From positions 208,694,001-208,758,000 of the forward strand of contig NC_058368.1 in assembly GCF_018350175.1 (NCBI RefSeq): DNA of 64,000 nucleotides, read 5' to 3'. A program made the position numbers and the translations under genes. The DNA is from Felis catus (Eukaryota). The notes under the pieces are model-generated. The model saw only the letters and a program-made list of their open reading frames with translations, was not told the origin of the DNA and ran no database searches. How positions within the stretch are numbered: the first letter of the stretch is position 1; every line of letters begins with the position of its first letter. Shown piece after piece: positions 26,280-38,450 of the stretch.

Positions 26280-26962
26280 TAGGTGTTGTCTGTGTGCCAC
26301 CCATATACCCTTAAAACTTACCTATAAATGGCAAGAGCTATTTACCCTGAAACCCCTACCTATAGAATTTTCCTTCTGACAAAGATGGAATGCTTGGCCA
26401 ATGAATTTCAGGGAGTAGTTAATGTCCCTAGAAATAGCCTTCTACCAACGTCAATGGATAGTCAGGTGATACATATATCCCAGTGCCCTTATCCCTTGAG
26501 TGGGATAACTAGTAGGAAGTGATTCTTAACCCTGGGAGATTGTATCTCCAGAGAACATTTGGCAATGTCTGCAGTCCTTTTGGGTTGTTACAACTTGAGG
26601 GGAGGGGGGGAATGAAACTTGCACCCAGTGGGTAGAGGCCAGAGACTCCTAAACATGTAACAACATACAGGACATCCCCCTAAACAAAACAAAATGACCC
26701 AGCTCAAAATGCCAACAGTGCTGAGGTAAGAAAGCCTCTCTAAGGTGTGTTCTACACAGTTTCCCAAGGTCCCCAGCAGAACTGAGCTCTAGGTGCCCAC
26801 AGTAGTAGCTGGTTTAATAACACAGCATTTACTGGCTTCCTTCCCTTCCCTGGCTCACTTCCTCATTTCCCTACTAGTGTTTCCTGAGATCGCCTCCCAA
26901 ATAAACTACTTGCCTTCAAATCTTTGTTTGAGAGTCTTCTTCTGGTCAAACCCAAACCATAA
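26280..26962 (+). mobile_element. LTR16-like ERVL LTR interrupted by MER20
   Basis: CCTCCCAAATAAACTACTTGCCTTCAAATCTTTG..GTCTTCTTCTGG..AACCCAAAC terminus. Confidence 0.75.
26517..26738 (+). mobile_element. MER20 hAT-Charlie MITE
   Basis: ACATTTGGCAATGTCTG..GGTTGTTACAACT..CAGTGGGTAGAGGCCAG..CAAAATGCCAACAGTGCTGAGG. Confidence 0.9.
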
Positions 26963-27572
26963 AATAGCTCTCAAACTTTATATTTCTCAACAACCAGTCT
27001 CCCCTACTGTTCAGCCATGTAATAAAGCCACGGGACTGGACAAGGAAACCAGGATGTAAACAAGTGACACTGGCTTCTTGAAAATGGCAGCACTGGGGCT
27101 GCAGCACAGTGGCTGTGCCACCTGACATATGATCTGGTTTAGGAATAGAAGCTCTTTTCCCGCTTGTACCTCTAAAGAGTCACTCAATTTGGACAGTTAC
27201 CTGGCACAAGATGATGGAAAGAAGAAAGAACACAGGGGCAGGCAATCGAAGCCCTGGCCTAAATCTTGCCTCTCTTGCTAACTAGATCCCTCCCCTACCT
27301 GAGTCCCTAAGTTGTCCTGTACTTGGTTCCCCCAAAGGACTTTATTGGGTAGGATGATCACTAAGGATTCTTGGAGCCCTAGCATTCTACAATTATAAGA
27401 AACAATCTCACTTCCCATGCCCCCTCCACCATAACCCAAGCATTTTCTGCTCTGTTTGGAAACCTCTTCCCCTCCAGTCCAAACATGGACTCCCAGAGCA
27501 GTGCTCTACACTACAGGCCTCACATATCCACATTCTTGCAATTCAGTTCAGCTCTTCAAAATCTGCATGTCT

Positions 27573-27697
27573 TGGAGTGCTTGGGTGGCTCAGTCGGTTA
27601 AGCATCCGACATTTGATCTTAGCTCAGGTCTTGATCTCAGGGTCGTGAGTTCAAGCCCTGTATTGGGCCAAGACTACTTAAAAAAAAAAAAAAAAAA
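27573..27697 (+). mobile_element. Short CanSINE
   Basis: SINE head, GTGAGTTCAAGCCC, poly(A). Confidence 0.9.
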
Positions 27698-30000
27698 TTG
27701 GCAAGTCTCCAGGCTTCATTTCCTTGAGGCAAACCAAGGCACAAAAATGTTTGTTCATTTTCTCAAGGTTGCAAAGTTGTAAAACTCAGTTTAGACACTT
27801 GAACAACTGAAAAAATATGCCTAAATGTCCACTACTTTTATACTGGGTGTGAGGTTTCAAGTGCAAATTGACGGAAACATTAAAATCCTTCCTCCCAATT
27901 AACAGAAATAAGGAATGAAGTGTTCTGATTGAGAATGACCATATGCTGTAGAATGATCAATTTTTGAATAATTAGAAAATAAAGGCCCACATACTTTAAA
28001 ACTCACATTGCAGATAAGCATATATTTTCTTAAAAATTCCAATGGTCTTTCAGATTGGCAGAAATAACAAGAATGTTTGCCATTGGTTTAGCTCTGGGTC
28101 ATTTACAGTCCCAGTTTTCAAAAGGTCTGTATTATATCCAGAAAAGCTGGGCATGTAATTTCAGTAAAGCTGCAAGTGTCAGTCAAGGTTACAGAATATG
28201 AAAATAGGAATTATTGCTGTGTCTAATCTGATGAGAAAAATAGCATATTTTACTTTTATTTTTCACAAAAATATTTACTGAGTTACCACAAAGATAAATG
28301 GTTTTATAAATAAGTTCTAAGTACTTTATTGTATTACTAAGACAACATTCATTTGAAAGTTTTAAAATTTAAAAAGTAAATAAAAAATCATGAAAATAAA
28401 ATTAAAATTGACTACAATTCTATATGTAGGGACTATTATATGTGTTTTCATGTACTTCCTACCAATTTTTCAGGCCTTTTTTTTTTTTTCATCAAAATGT
28501 TCATACCTTATTTGCTTAAATTCCAGTTTGGTTTAACAGAGTGTTATATTAGTTTCAGGTGTACAATATAGGGAGCCTACAATTCTATACATTACTCAGT
28601 GCTCATCAAGATAAGTGTACTCTTAATCCCTTTCACGTATTTCATTCATCCCCCCACCCACCTTTCTTCTGGCAACCCCCAGTTTCTTTTCTATAGTTAA
28701 AAGTCTGTTTTTTGGTTTGCCTCTTTTTTTCTTTGTTCATTTGTTTTGTTTCTTAAATTCCACACAAGTTAAATGTATGGCATTTGTCTTTCTCTGATTT
28801 ATTTCATTTAGCATTGTATTCTCCAGAACCATCCATGTTGTTGCAAATGGCAAGATGTGTTCCTTATGGTTGAGTATTCTCTTCTGTGTATGTCTGTGTT
28901 AATATATATACACCACATTTTCTTCATCCATTCATCTACCAATGGACACTTGGGTTGCTTCCATAGTTTGGCTATGGTATATAATGCTGCAGTATATAAT
29001 GCTGCAGTAAACATAGGGATGGATATATCTTTTGAGTTAGTGTTTTTGGATTCTTTGGGTAAATACCCACTAGTGGAATTCCTGGATCATATGGCAATTC
29101 TATTTTTAATTGTTTGAGGAACTTCCATACTGTTTTCCACAGTGGCTGCACCACCAGACCGCATTCCCACCAACGGTGTACGAGGGTTCCTTTTTTAATC
29201 CACATCGTTACCAACACCGTTGTTTGTGTTTTTGATTTTAGCCATTCTGACAGGTGTGAGGTGATACCTCGTTGTTGTTTTAATTTGCATTTCCCTGATG
29301 ACAAGTGATGTTGAGCATCTTTTCATGTGTCTGTTGGTCATCTGGATGTCCCTTTGGAGGACTGTCTATTCATGTCTTCTGCCCCTTTTTAATTGGATTA
29401 TTGGGTTTGGGGTGTTGTACATGTTTTGGATACTAACCCTTTATCAGATAAGTAATTTGCAAATATCTCCTCCTATTCGGTAGGTTGTCCTTTACTTTTC
29501 TGGATGGTTTCCTTTGCTGTGCAGAGGTCTTTCTTTTGATGTAGTCCCAGTAGTTTATCTTTGCTTTTGTTTCCCTTGCCTCAGGAGACATAGCTAGAAA
29601 AGTGTTGCTATGACCAGTGTCAGAGACATGACTGCCTGTGCTCTCTTCTAAGATTTTTATGGTTTCAGGCCTCACATTTGGGTCCTTAATCCATTTTGAG
29701 TTTACTTTTGTGTATGGTGTGAGCAAGTGGTCCAGTTTCATTCTTTTGCGTGTAGCTGTCCAGTTTTCCCAACACCATTTGTTGAAGAGACGGTCTTTTT
29801 CTCATTGCATATTCCTGCCTCCTTTGTCAAAGATTAATTGACCATATATTTTTTTTTCCATGGGTTCTTTTTGGGGCTCTGTATTCTGTTCCATTGATCT
29901 ATGTGTCTTTTTTTGTGTGTGCCAGTACCATACTGTTTTGATTACTAGAGCTTGGTAGTATCTCTTTATATCTGGGATTGTGATACTTCCAGTTTAGCTA

Positions 30001-30215
30001 TTTTTTAAATTTAATGTTTATTTATTTTTGAGAGAGAGAGAGACAGAGCATGAGCAGGGGAGGGACACAGAGAGAGGAAGACACAGAATCTGAAGCAGGC
30101 TCCAGGCCCTGAGCTGTCAGCACAGAGCTGGATGCAGGGCTCAAACACATGAACCATGAGATCATGACCTGAGCTGAAGTCATATACTTAACCCGCTGAG
30201 CCATCCAAGCACCCC
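30001..30215 (-). mobile_element. CanSINE inserted in L1 ORF2
   Basis: Antisense SINE: AATGTTTATTTATTTTTGAGAGAG..GAGCCATCCAAGCACCCC. Confidence 0.95.
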
Positions 30216-32399
30216 GTTTTGTTCTTCTTTTTCAAGATTGCTTTGGATGTCCTAGATCTTGTGTGGATCCATAAAAATTGTAGGATTATTTGTTCTAGTT
30301 CTGTGAAGAATACTATTGATATTTTGATAGTGATTGCATTAAATCTGTAGGTTTTGAGTAGTACGGACATTTTAACAATATTTGTTCTTCCAATAAACCA
30401 GCATGGAACATCTTACCATTTGTCTTGCTTCAATTATTTTCATCAGTGTTTTACAGTTTTCAGAGTACAGGTCTTTCACCTCCTCAGTTAAGTTTTTTCC
30501 TAGGTATTTTTTGTTATATCAATGGGAATGTTTTCTTAATTTCTCTTTCTGCTGCTTATTAGTATATAGAAACACAACAGATTTCTGTATATTGACCTTG
30601 TAACCTGCAACCTTACTAAGTTAATTTATCAGTTCTACTAGCCTTTGGTGTAGTCTATATATTCTATGTATAGTATATATATTTGCTATAGTATATATAG
30701 CATAACTATTTATATACATATATATATTCTATATATAGTATCATGTCATTTGCCAATAGTGAAAGTTTTACTTCTTCCTTACCAATTAGGATACTTATTA
30801 TTTCTTTTTCTTGTCTGATTGCTGTAGCTAGGTCTTCCAGTACTATGTTGAATAAAAGTGGTGAGAGTAGACATCCTTCTCTTGTTCCTGATCTTAGGGG
30901 AAAAGCTCTCAGTTTTTCAACATGGAGTATGACCCTAGGGTTTTTCATATATAGCCTTTATTATGTTAAGGTATGTTCCTTCTAAATCTACTTTAATGGT
31001 TTTTATCATGATGTTGTACTTTGTCAAATGCTTTTTTGCATCTATTGAAATGATCATATGGTTTTTAACTTTTGATATGATGCATCACACTGACTGATTT
31101 GCAAATTTTAAACCAACCTTGTATCCCAGGAATAAATCCTACTTGATCATGGTCAATGATTTTTTTTTTAATGTATTGTTAGATTCAGTTTGCTAATATA
31201 ATGTTGACAATTTTGCATATATGTTCATCAGAGACATTAGCTTGTGGTTCCTTTTTTTTTTTTTTTTGTATTGTCTTTATATGATTTTGGTATCAGGGTA
31301 ATGCTGGCCACATAGAATGAATTTGGAAGTTTTATATCCTCTTTCCTCTTCTATTTTTTGGAATAGTTTGAGAGGAATAGGTATTAGCTCTTCTTTAAAT
31401 GTTTGGTAGAATCACCTGTGAAGCCATCTGGTTCTAGACTTCTGTTTTTTGGGAGATTTTTGATAATGATTCAATTTCATTGCTGGTGATCAGTCTGTTC
31501 AAATTTTCTATTTCTTCCTGATTCAATTTTGAGAGGTTATGTGTTTCTAAGAATTATTGCATTTCTTCTAGGTTGTCCAATTTGTTGGCATATAATTTTT
31601 CATGATATTCTCTTATAATCCTTTCTATTTCTATGGTATCAGTATCTCTCTTCCTTCATTTCTGATTTTGAGTCCTCTCTCTTTTTTTTTTTTTTTTTTT
31701 TTTTATGAGTCTGGCTTAAGGTTTATCAGTGTTATTGAACTTTTCAAAGAAACAGCCCCTGGTCTCATTGATCTGCTCTACTGTTTGTCTTGTTTATTTC
31801 TGCTCTAATCTTTATTCTTTTTTTCCTTCTACTGATTTGGGGTTTTCTTTGTTCTTTTTCTAGCTCTGTTAGGTGTAAGGTTAGGTTGTTTATTTGAAAT
31901 TTTTCTTGCTTCTGGAGGTAGATCTGAACTGCTGTAATCTTTCTCTTAGAACAGCTTTTGCTGCATCCCAAAGATTTGGGACCAGTATGTATTCATTTTC
32001 ATTTGTCTCCCTGTATTTGTTGATTTCCTCTTTGATTTCTTGTTTGACCCTTTCACTGTTTAGAAGCATGTTATTTAACTTCCATATATTTGTATTCTTT
32101 TCAGATTTTTTTCCCTGTGGTTGATTTCAACATTCATAGCATTGTGGTTGGAAAACACGCATGGTATGATGTCTCTTTGAATTAATACATTTTTTTCGTG
32201 GCCTAATATGTGATCTATTCTGGAGAATGTTCCATGTACACTTGAAAAGAATGTGTATTCTCCATTAGGATGGAATGATCTGAACATATATCTGTTACAT
32301 CCATCCAGTCCAATTTGTCATGCAAAGCCACTGTTTGTTGATTTTCTGTTTGGATAATCAATCCACTAATCTAATGCAGTGTTAAAGTCCCCTACTATT

Positions 32400-32583
32400 C
32401 TGTTAACAGCAACACACAGAAATGGTTAGGACTGAGGAAGTAGGGAGGTTGGGGCAGATGGGTACTTCTTACCTTATTGCTTGAATGTTTTTCACTGAAA
32501 AAGCCTTGGTTTTTTAATTAAAATAAAACTCAATTTGGATTTTCCTTAATTCAGTAAATACATGCATGCATACATAAAAAAAA
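32400..32583 (+). other. Short retroposed orphan insert with poly(A) and perfect TSD
   Basis: TAAAGTCCCCTACTATT at 32383-32399 and 32584-32600; internal AATAAA; ends in an A run. Confidence 0.85.
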
Positions 32584-34119
32584 TAAAGTCCCCTACTATT
32601 ATTGTATTACTACTGATTACTTCCTTTATGTTTGCTATTAGCTGCTTTATATATTTGGGTGCTCTCATGTTGGGTGCATAAATATTACAACTGTTGTATC
32701 TTCTTGTTGGATTGGTCCCTTTATGATTATATAGTGTCCTTGTCTCTTGTTACAGTCTTTGTTTTAAAGTCTATTTTGTCTGACATAAGTATTGCTACCT
32801 TTTCTTTCACTTTCATTTGTATGATAAATGCTTTTTCATTCCTTTACTTTCAATCCGCAAGTGTTTTTAGGTCTGAAGTAAGTCTTTTATAGGCAGCATA
32901 TAGATGTCTTGCTTTTTTATCCATTCCGTCACACTATGTCTTTTGACTGGAGCATTTAGTCCATTAACATTCAAAGTAATTATTGATAGGTATGTACTTA
33001 TTGCCATTTTGTTACTTGCTGTATAGTTATTTTTGTAGTTCTTCTCTGTTCCTTTCTTCTCTTGCTTTCTTGGTTTGCTAGCTTTCTTTAGTGAAATACT
33101 TGGATTCCTTTCTCTTTATTTTTTTGCATATCTATTACAGGTTTTTGATTTGTGTTACCATTAGGTTTGTATATAACATGTTATACATATAGCAATCTAT
33201 ATTAAGTTGATGTTTACTTAAGTTTGAACCCATTCTTTACTCCTCTCTTCCTACCGTGTTTTAGGTATATGGTGTCATACTTCACATCCTTTTATTTTGT
33301 GAATCCCTGGACTGGTTTTTAGAGATAGATGTACTTAATTTTACTACTTTTGTGCTTCAGGCTTTTTTTTTACTCCTACTTATGGTCTTTCCTCTCAAAG
33401 AGTACACTTCAACATATCTTGGAGGGCTGAAATCTTTCTCTCTCCTTCTATTCTTAATGATAGCCTTCCCAGATTGAGTATTCTTGGTTGCAAGTTTTTT
33501 CTTTTAGCACTTTGAAAGAAATGCCACGTCACTTCCTTTGGCCTGCAAAATTCCTGCTGAAAAGCTGATAGGCCTTATGGAGTTTCCCTTGTATCTAACG
33601 GTTTTCTTTTCTCTTCCTGCTTTTAAAATTCTCTTTATCACTACTCATTGCCATTATAATTACTGTGTGTCCTGGTGTGGACCTCCTTGGGGTGATTTTG
33701 TGGGAATTCTCTGTGACTTCTGGATCTAGATTTTTATTTCCTTCCTTCAACTCAGAAAGTTTTCAGCTATTATTTCTTCAAATAGATTTTCTGCCCCCTT
33801 TCCTCTCTTTTCTCCTTCTGGAATCCTTTAATGTGAATGTTATTATACTTGATGGTGTCACTGAGTTCCCTAAGTTTATTTTCATTTTTTATTTACTCTC
33901 TCTCTTGTTCAGCTTGATTGTTTTCCATTACTCTATTAGGTCACTGATCCATTCTTCTGCTACCTCTAGTCTACTATTCATTCTATCTTTTTAATTTCAT
34001 TTATTGATTTCTTCATCTCTTATTGGTTCTTTTTTATGCTTTCTGTCTCTGTTAATGGTCTCACTGAGGTCCTCCACTCTTTTCTCAAGTCCAGCAAGTA
34101 TCTTTATGACCATTACCTT

Positions 34120-34496
34120 TAAAAAAAAAATTAATGTTTATTTTTGAGAGAGAGAGAGAGAGAGAGACAGAGTGAGAGTGGGGGGAGGGCAGAAAGAGAG
34201 GAAGACAGAATCTGAAGCAGGCTCCAGGCTCTGAGTTGTCAGCACAGAACCCAACATGGAGCTTGAACTCATGAACCATCAGATCATGACCTGAGCTGAA
34301 GTTGGACGTTTAACTGACTAAGCCACACAGGTGCCACACCCCCACTTTTTTTTAAGGGAGAGTGTGTGTGAGTGGGGGAGAGGGACAGAGGGAGAGAGAA
34401 AACCTTAAGCAGGGCTCAATACCATGACCCTGGGATCATGACCCAAACCAAAATCAAGAGTCCAACATTCAACTGACGGAGCCATCCTGGCACCCC
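34120..34496 (-). mobile_element. Two tandem CanSINEs within the L1, sharing one outer TSD
   Basis: SINEs at ~34120-34336 and ~34346-34496; ATCTTTATGAC(C/T)ATTAC at 34100-34116 and 34497-34513. Confidence 0.92.
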
Positions 34497-36429
34497 ATCT
34501 TTATGACTATTACTTTAAATTTTCTGTCAGGCTTATTATCTCCATTTCACTTAAGCTTTCTTGCTATTATTTTGTCCTGTTCTTTCATTTAGGACATATT
34601 CCTCTGACTTCTCATTTTGTCTAACTCTGTGAATATTTCTATGTTAAGAAAGTCAGCTAAGTCTCCTGTGTTGCAAGTAGTGGCCATGTGAAGAAGTGGC
34701 CCATAGTGCCTTACAGTGCAATGTCCCCTGTTCACTAGGACCTGGCACTTCAAGAATGTCCCGATGTGTGTTGCATTGACCTGTAATTGTGGCTAAGCTG
34801 CTTCAATCCAGTTTGCCTGTTGTGGACAGGGTTCAGTCCTTGTGTTGTTAGTGGGCTACTCTGGGGCTGCCTTAGGCCTGAGTGGAGTCATACCAGGCAT
34901 TTTCCAGAGATGCAGTAGCACCCAACTGCAGGGCACTTCCCCTGTGTTGTCCCCTGAGTTCTGTTGGTGGGCAGGGCCTGCAGTCAGACCAGATGTCTAT
35001 TCCCAGCCCACTGCTGGGGCTACAGTCTGACAGTGTGTGTGGTTATCTTCCCCTCTCCCTGGGTCAGAAGTCACTTTGGAGTGGTGCTGTCCCTTCAGGG
35101 CTGCTTGTACACCACTAGACTTGTGGCACTGCTTTGGACGGGCTCTGGCCAAAGGCGTATTGGAGGGGACAGATCTGCAGGAGAATGCAGGGGCAGGGCG
35201 CATGCTATTAGCAACATTTGCATGGGTCTGCTGTGGGAGGGAACCTGAAACCAAGGCCTAGCTGGAGGGGGCATGTCTACAGAATGCAGGGACAGGGTGC
35301 ACTGTTAGGAAGTTAGATGGAGTGTGTTGTGCTGTGTTGGCTCCCATAGGTGTCCATGTATCTAGGCTGGGGTGTGGGGGAAGGAAATGGCACCTGCCAG
35401 TCCTTTGTTCCTGGCTAAGTCTCCCAATAATCCTTGCCCCTTCAGCACAGCTCTTTGATCAGTAAATAAATCTTCCCCAGGCATTTTTCAAACTGCTGTT
35501 TCTAAGCTGTATCTCCAAGAGGCTGTTTGTTGTGCTCTTTAAGGTCTTTAAGGGTAGAGACTCAGTTTCTTCTTGCTCTCCTAGCTCTTCCAGAGCTGAG
35601 CCCACTGATTTTTAAAGTTCCAAAGATGTTAAGTTTTCCAAACCAAATGTTATAGGGATTTGTCTTCCTCATGCATGCTCCCTGGTATGAGAGTCTGTTT
35701 CTCTACCCTATATGTCCAGGGCGTCCTTCCCTCCTGTGGATAGTCTGCAGGGTCATTTAGCTTTCAACTGCATCTCTACCCTTCCTACCCTCTTTGATGT
35801 AGCCTCCTGTGTACTTTTAGCTGCGGAGAGTCTGTTTTACCAGTCTTCAGGTCATTTTATGGGTTATTCACACTGATGTGGGTGTTATCAAGTTGTATCT
35901 ATGGGATGCAGTGGGCTTAGGCTCCTCCTACTCCGCCATCTTCCCACTTTTTCAGACATTTTTAGCAAAAATTGAGATTATTGTCTAATACATGCACAAT
36001 TCTTGTATCATGTCTTGCTCATTTCTCACTGTATCATGAGCACTTAAGCCAAGATTCTGATTTGTGTAATCATTGCATAATACTCCATTTTTCAGTCTAT
36101 GAAAAATTGATTTACCCTCATTGCTGGATGTTTAGGCTGAATCCCATTTCTCAACTTCTACAAAATACTCTCTGATAGATTCTAAAAAAACAAAATCATT
36201 GGGTAGATAAACACTTCTAAGGTTCAGAGAAGGTTTAAAAGAAATAAAGGCCAGGAATTATTTAATACCGTTCTCATTCATTCTTAACTTGTCAAGCACA
36301 GGATTAACCTAACCCTGGTCTGACTGACAGATCTAGCAAGAATTCCTCATCCTCACCTCAAAGCCTTATGTTGGAGTTATCTTTTTGAAACTCTCTGGGT
36401 CTTTAGGAAGAATCTAGAATCATTTTTAG

Positions 36430-36572
36430 AGAAAAAGGATTTCTGGGGTATAGCTAATATTCTATTTCTTGATCTGGGAAGAGGTTATATAGATGTATTC
36501 AGTTTGTAAAAATTCATTGAGTTGTACACTTATGATCTGTGTACTTTTATGTGTTATATTTCAATAAAAAGT
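36430..36572 (+). mobile_element. Old L1M 3' end
   Basis: TATTCTATTTCTTGATCTGGG..TTTGTAAAAATTCATTGAGTTGTACACTTATGAT..TTTCAATAAAAA. Confidence 0.85.
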
Positions 36573-37514
36573 ATGCCTAGAAAAAAATGTTTCGTGCTTC
36601 TTAAAGTCATTAATTTTGAATTTCCTCAAGGGAGTCATCAACAGCCATGAAATCCTTATGGTCTTGGGGAAAAAATACTGTATGTATTTGAAAATTGTTA
36701 GGTGCTTTTTAGATGTAAAGAATTATTTTCACCACCTGAGTAAAGCCATTTATGCTAACATGAATGAAGCAATACTCTCAGAGGGCATTTTAATTTTATC
36801 ATCAAATTAGGTATTCCGAAATTGGTGAGCTGATAGGTGGGGAAGGAAACTTTTGAAGAGGAGGGTTTTCCCCTGTCCACACTTCTCTGGGCTCCCTTGC
36901 CCAAAGAATAAGGTACATGTCATCAAGACACTCAGGCTCTAGTTTTAGAATCTAAAGTTCTAAATACAAGATTACCTGAGACATACCCTTTGGCAAGTTC
37001 ACTAGGATCTGGGGTTAATTTCTTACCTATCCAATGAGACTTCGTTCTCCCTGAGCAAGGCCAACGCATATGGTCAGGGGGGTTGTTCACTGAACAAGAA
37101 CACCTGGCTCAAGTGTCCAGTGAAGGATGACAACCAATGCTCACCAGGTTATACATCTTCACTAGGGGCTGTAGCTACTCAAAGGAAGAGGGACCTTTTT
37201 CTAATTTAATCAAAAATGCCAAAGGGGCTACCAGAGGTTCTGTTTCTGAGGACCCTCACCTTAATATTCTGTGATTCAGGCACATAAAACTGCCACCTCA
37301 TATGTTCCACCTCCCCCACTTTCAGGCCGGGCCCTGTGGACTCCCTAGGTTGATCCACCATGAAATACAGTTTATGTTATTATTTAGACTCGAGGTTACA
37401 AGCAGGGTGGGTTCCCACAACCACACAACATGGGTTTGACTTTAGTTCTAAGACAAGCCCTGTCAGCCTTCTGCTCTGGACATGATCCCCAGAGACCCAT
37501 GGGTTCTAGACATC

Positions 37515-37958
37515 TGTGATGGCTGACTTTGTGTGTCACTGGAGCTATGATGCCCAATGGTTTAGTCAAACGCTAGTTCAGATGTTGCTGTGGAGGTATT
37601 TTTAAGATGTAATTAGTATTTATAATCCGTAGACTCTAAGTAAAGCAGATTGCCCTCTATAATGTGGGTGGACCTCATCCAATCTATTGAAGGGCTTAGA
37701 CTTTACAGCAAAGACTGAGGTTCCTTGAAGAAGAAGGAATTTGGTCTCAGAACTGCAACGTAAAAACCCTGCTTGAGTTTCCAGCCTGCTGGCCTGCACT
37801 ACAGATTTCAGACTTACCAGCCACCATAATCTCACAAGCCAATTCCTTAATAAATTTGTCTCTCTCTACACACACACACACACACACACACGCACGCATC
37901 AGTAGGATATATATATCCTATTGTTTTTTTTCTCTGGAGAACATCGACTAATATAGCA
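37515..37958 (+). mobile_element. MLT2 (ERVL) solo LTR
   Basis: TGTGATGG start, GATGTTGCTGTGGAGG, AGTAAAGCAGATTGCCCTC, AGCCAATTCCTTAATAAAT, (CA)n, TCTCTGGAGAAC..GACTAATA end. Confidence 0.9.
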
Positions 37959-38304
37959 CCTGAACACTGCCTTTCCAGTGGAGCAAGGCCTGCTAAGAAA
38001 CCCACGTGTTCTCAGGAGGGCTCTCAGTAGAAGAATCGGCCAGGAGCACAGTGATTCACGGCAATCCAAAAAAGCAGAAACCTACATATGCAGAAACCCC
38101 ATTTTAGCACTAAGTTTAGAGGACTGACTACAAATACAAGCTCAGAACAAATCATTTTAAGAAAACTGAGTATCCAAACAGAAAGGGTAAGGTTTTGCAG
38201 GGTCGGGATCTTAAGATGATTTCATGACCATTTTTAATAATTCAGCAACTGTTTTACATGCTTGACTTTCCTGGATCTTGTAGTATCTCTCAGGAATATA
38301 GTCT

Positions 38305-38450
38305 GTTTTTTAATGTTTATTCATTTTTGAAAGACAGAGAGAGAGCACAAGCAGGGGTGGGGCAGAGAGAGAGGGGGACACAGAATCTGAAGCAGGCTCT
38401 AGGCTCTGAGCTGTCAGCACAGAGCCTGATGTGGGGCTCGAACTCACGAA
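38305..38450 (-). mobile_element. 5'-truncated CanSINE
   Basis: Lacks SINE head; perfect 17-bp TSD TCTCAGGAATATAGTCT at 38288-38304 and 38451-38467. Confidence 0.93.

Larger units (their letters stand above)
28477..35945 (-). mobile_element. Full-length decayed carnivore LINE-1 with nested insertions
   Basis: 5' end GGAAGATGGCGGAGTAGGAGG (rc of ~35922-35944); EN peptide YTFFSSVHGTFSRIDHILGH; RT peptide [31 protein letters not shown]; poly(T) at 28477; degenerate TSD TTTTTCAG(G/A)C at ~28466 and ~35948; ORFs broken. Confidence 0.96.

Noticed and set aside
20522..29825. Inverted L1 pair as one twin-primed insertion or a simple recent duplication
   Set aside because: Each L1 has its own TSD and tail, they are separated by ~5.5 kb of unrelated DNA, and high identity is confined to an internal tract
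28477..35945. Active L1
   Set aside because: ORF1 and ORF2 fragmented by stops, frameshifts and several nested insertions
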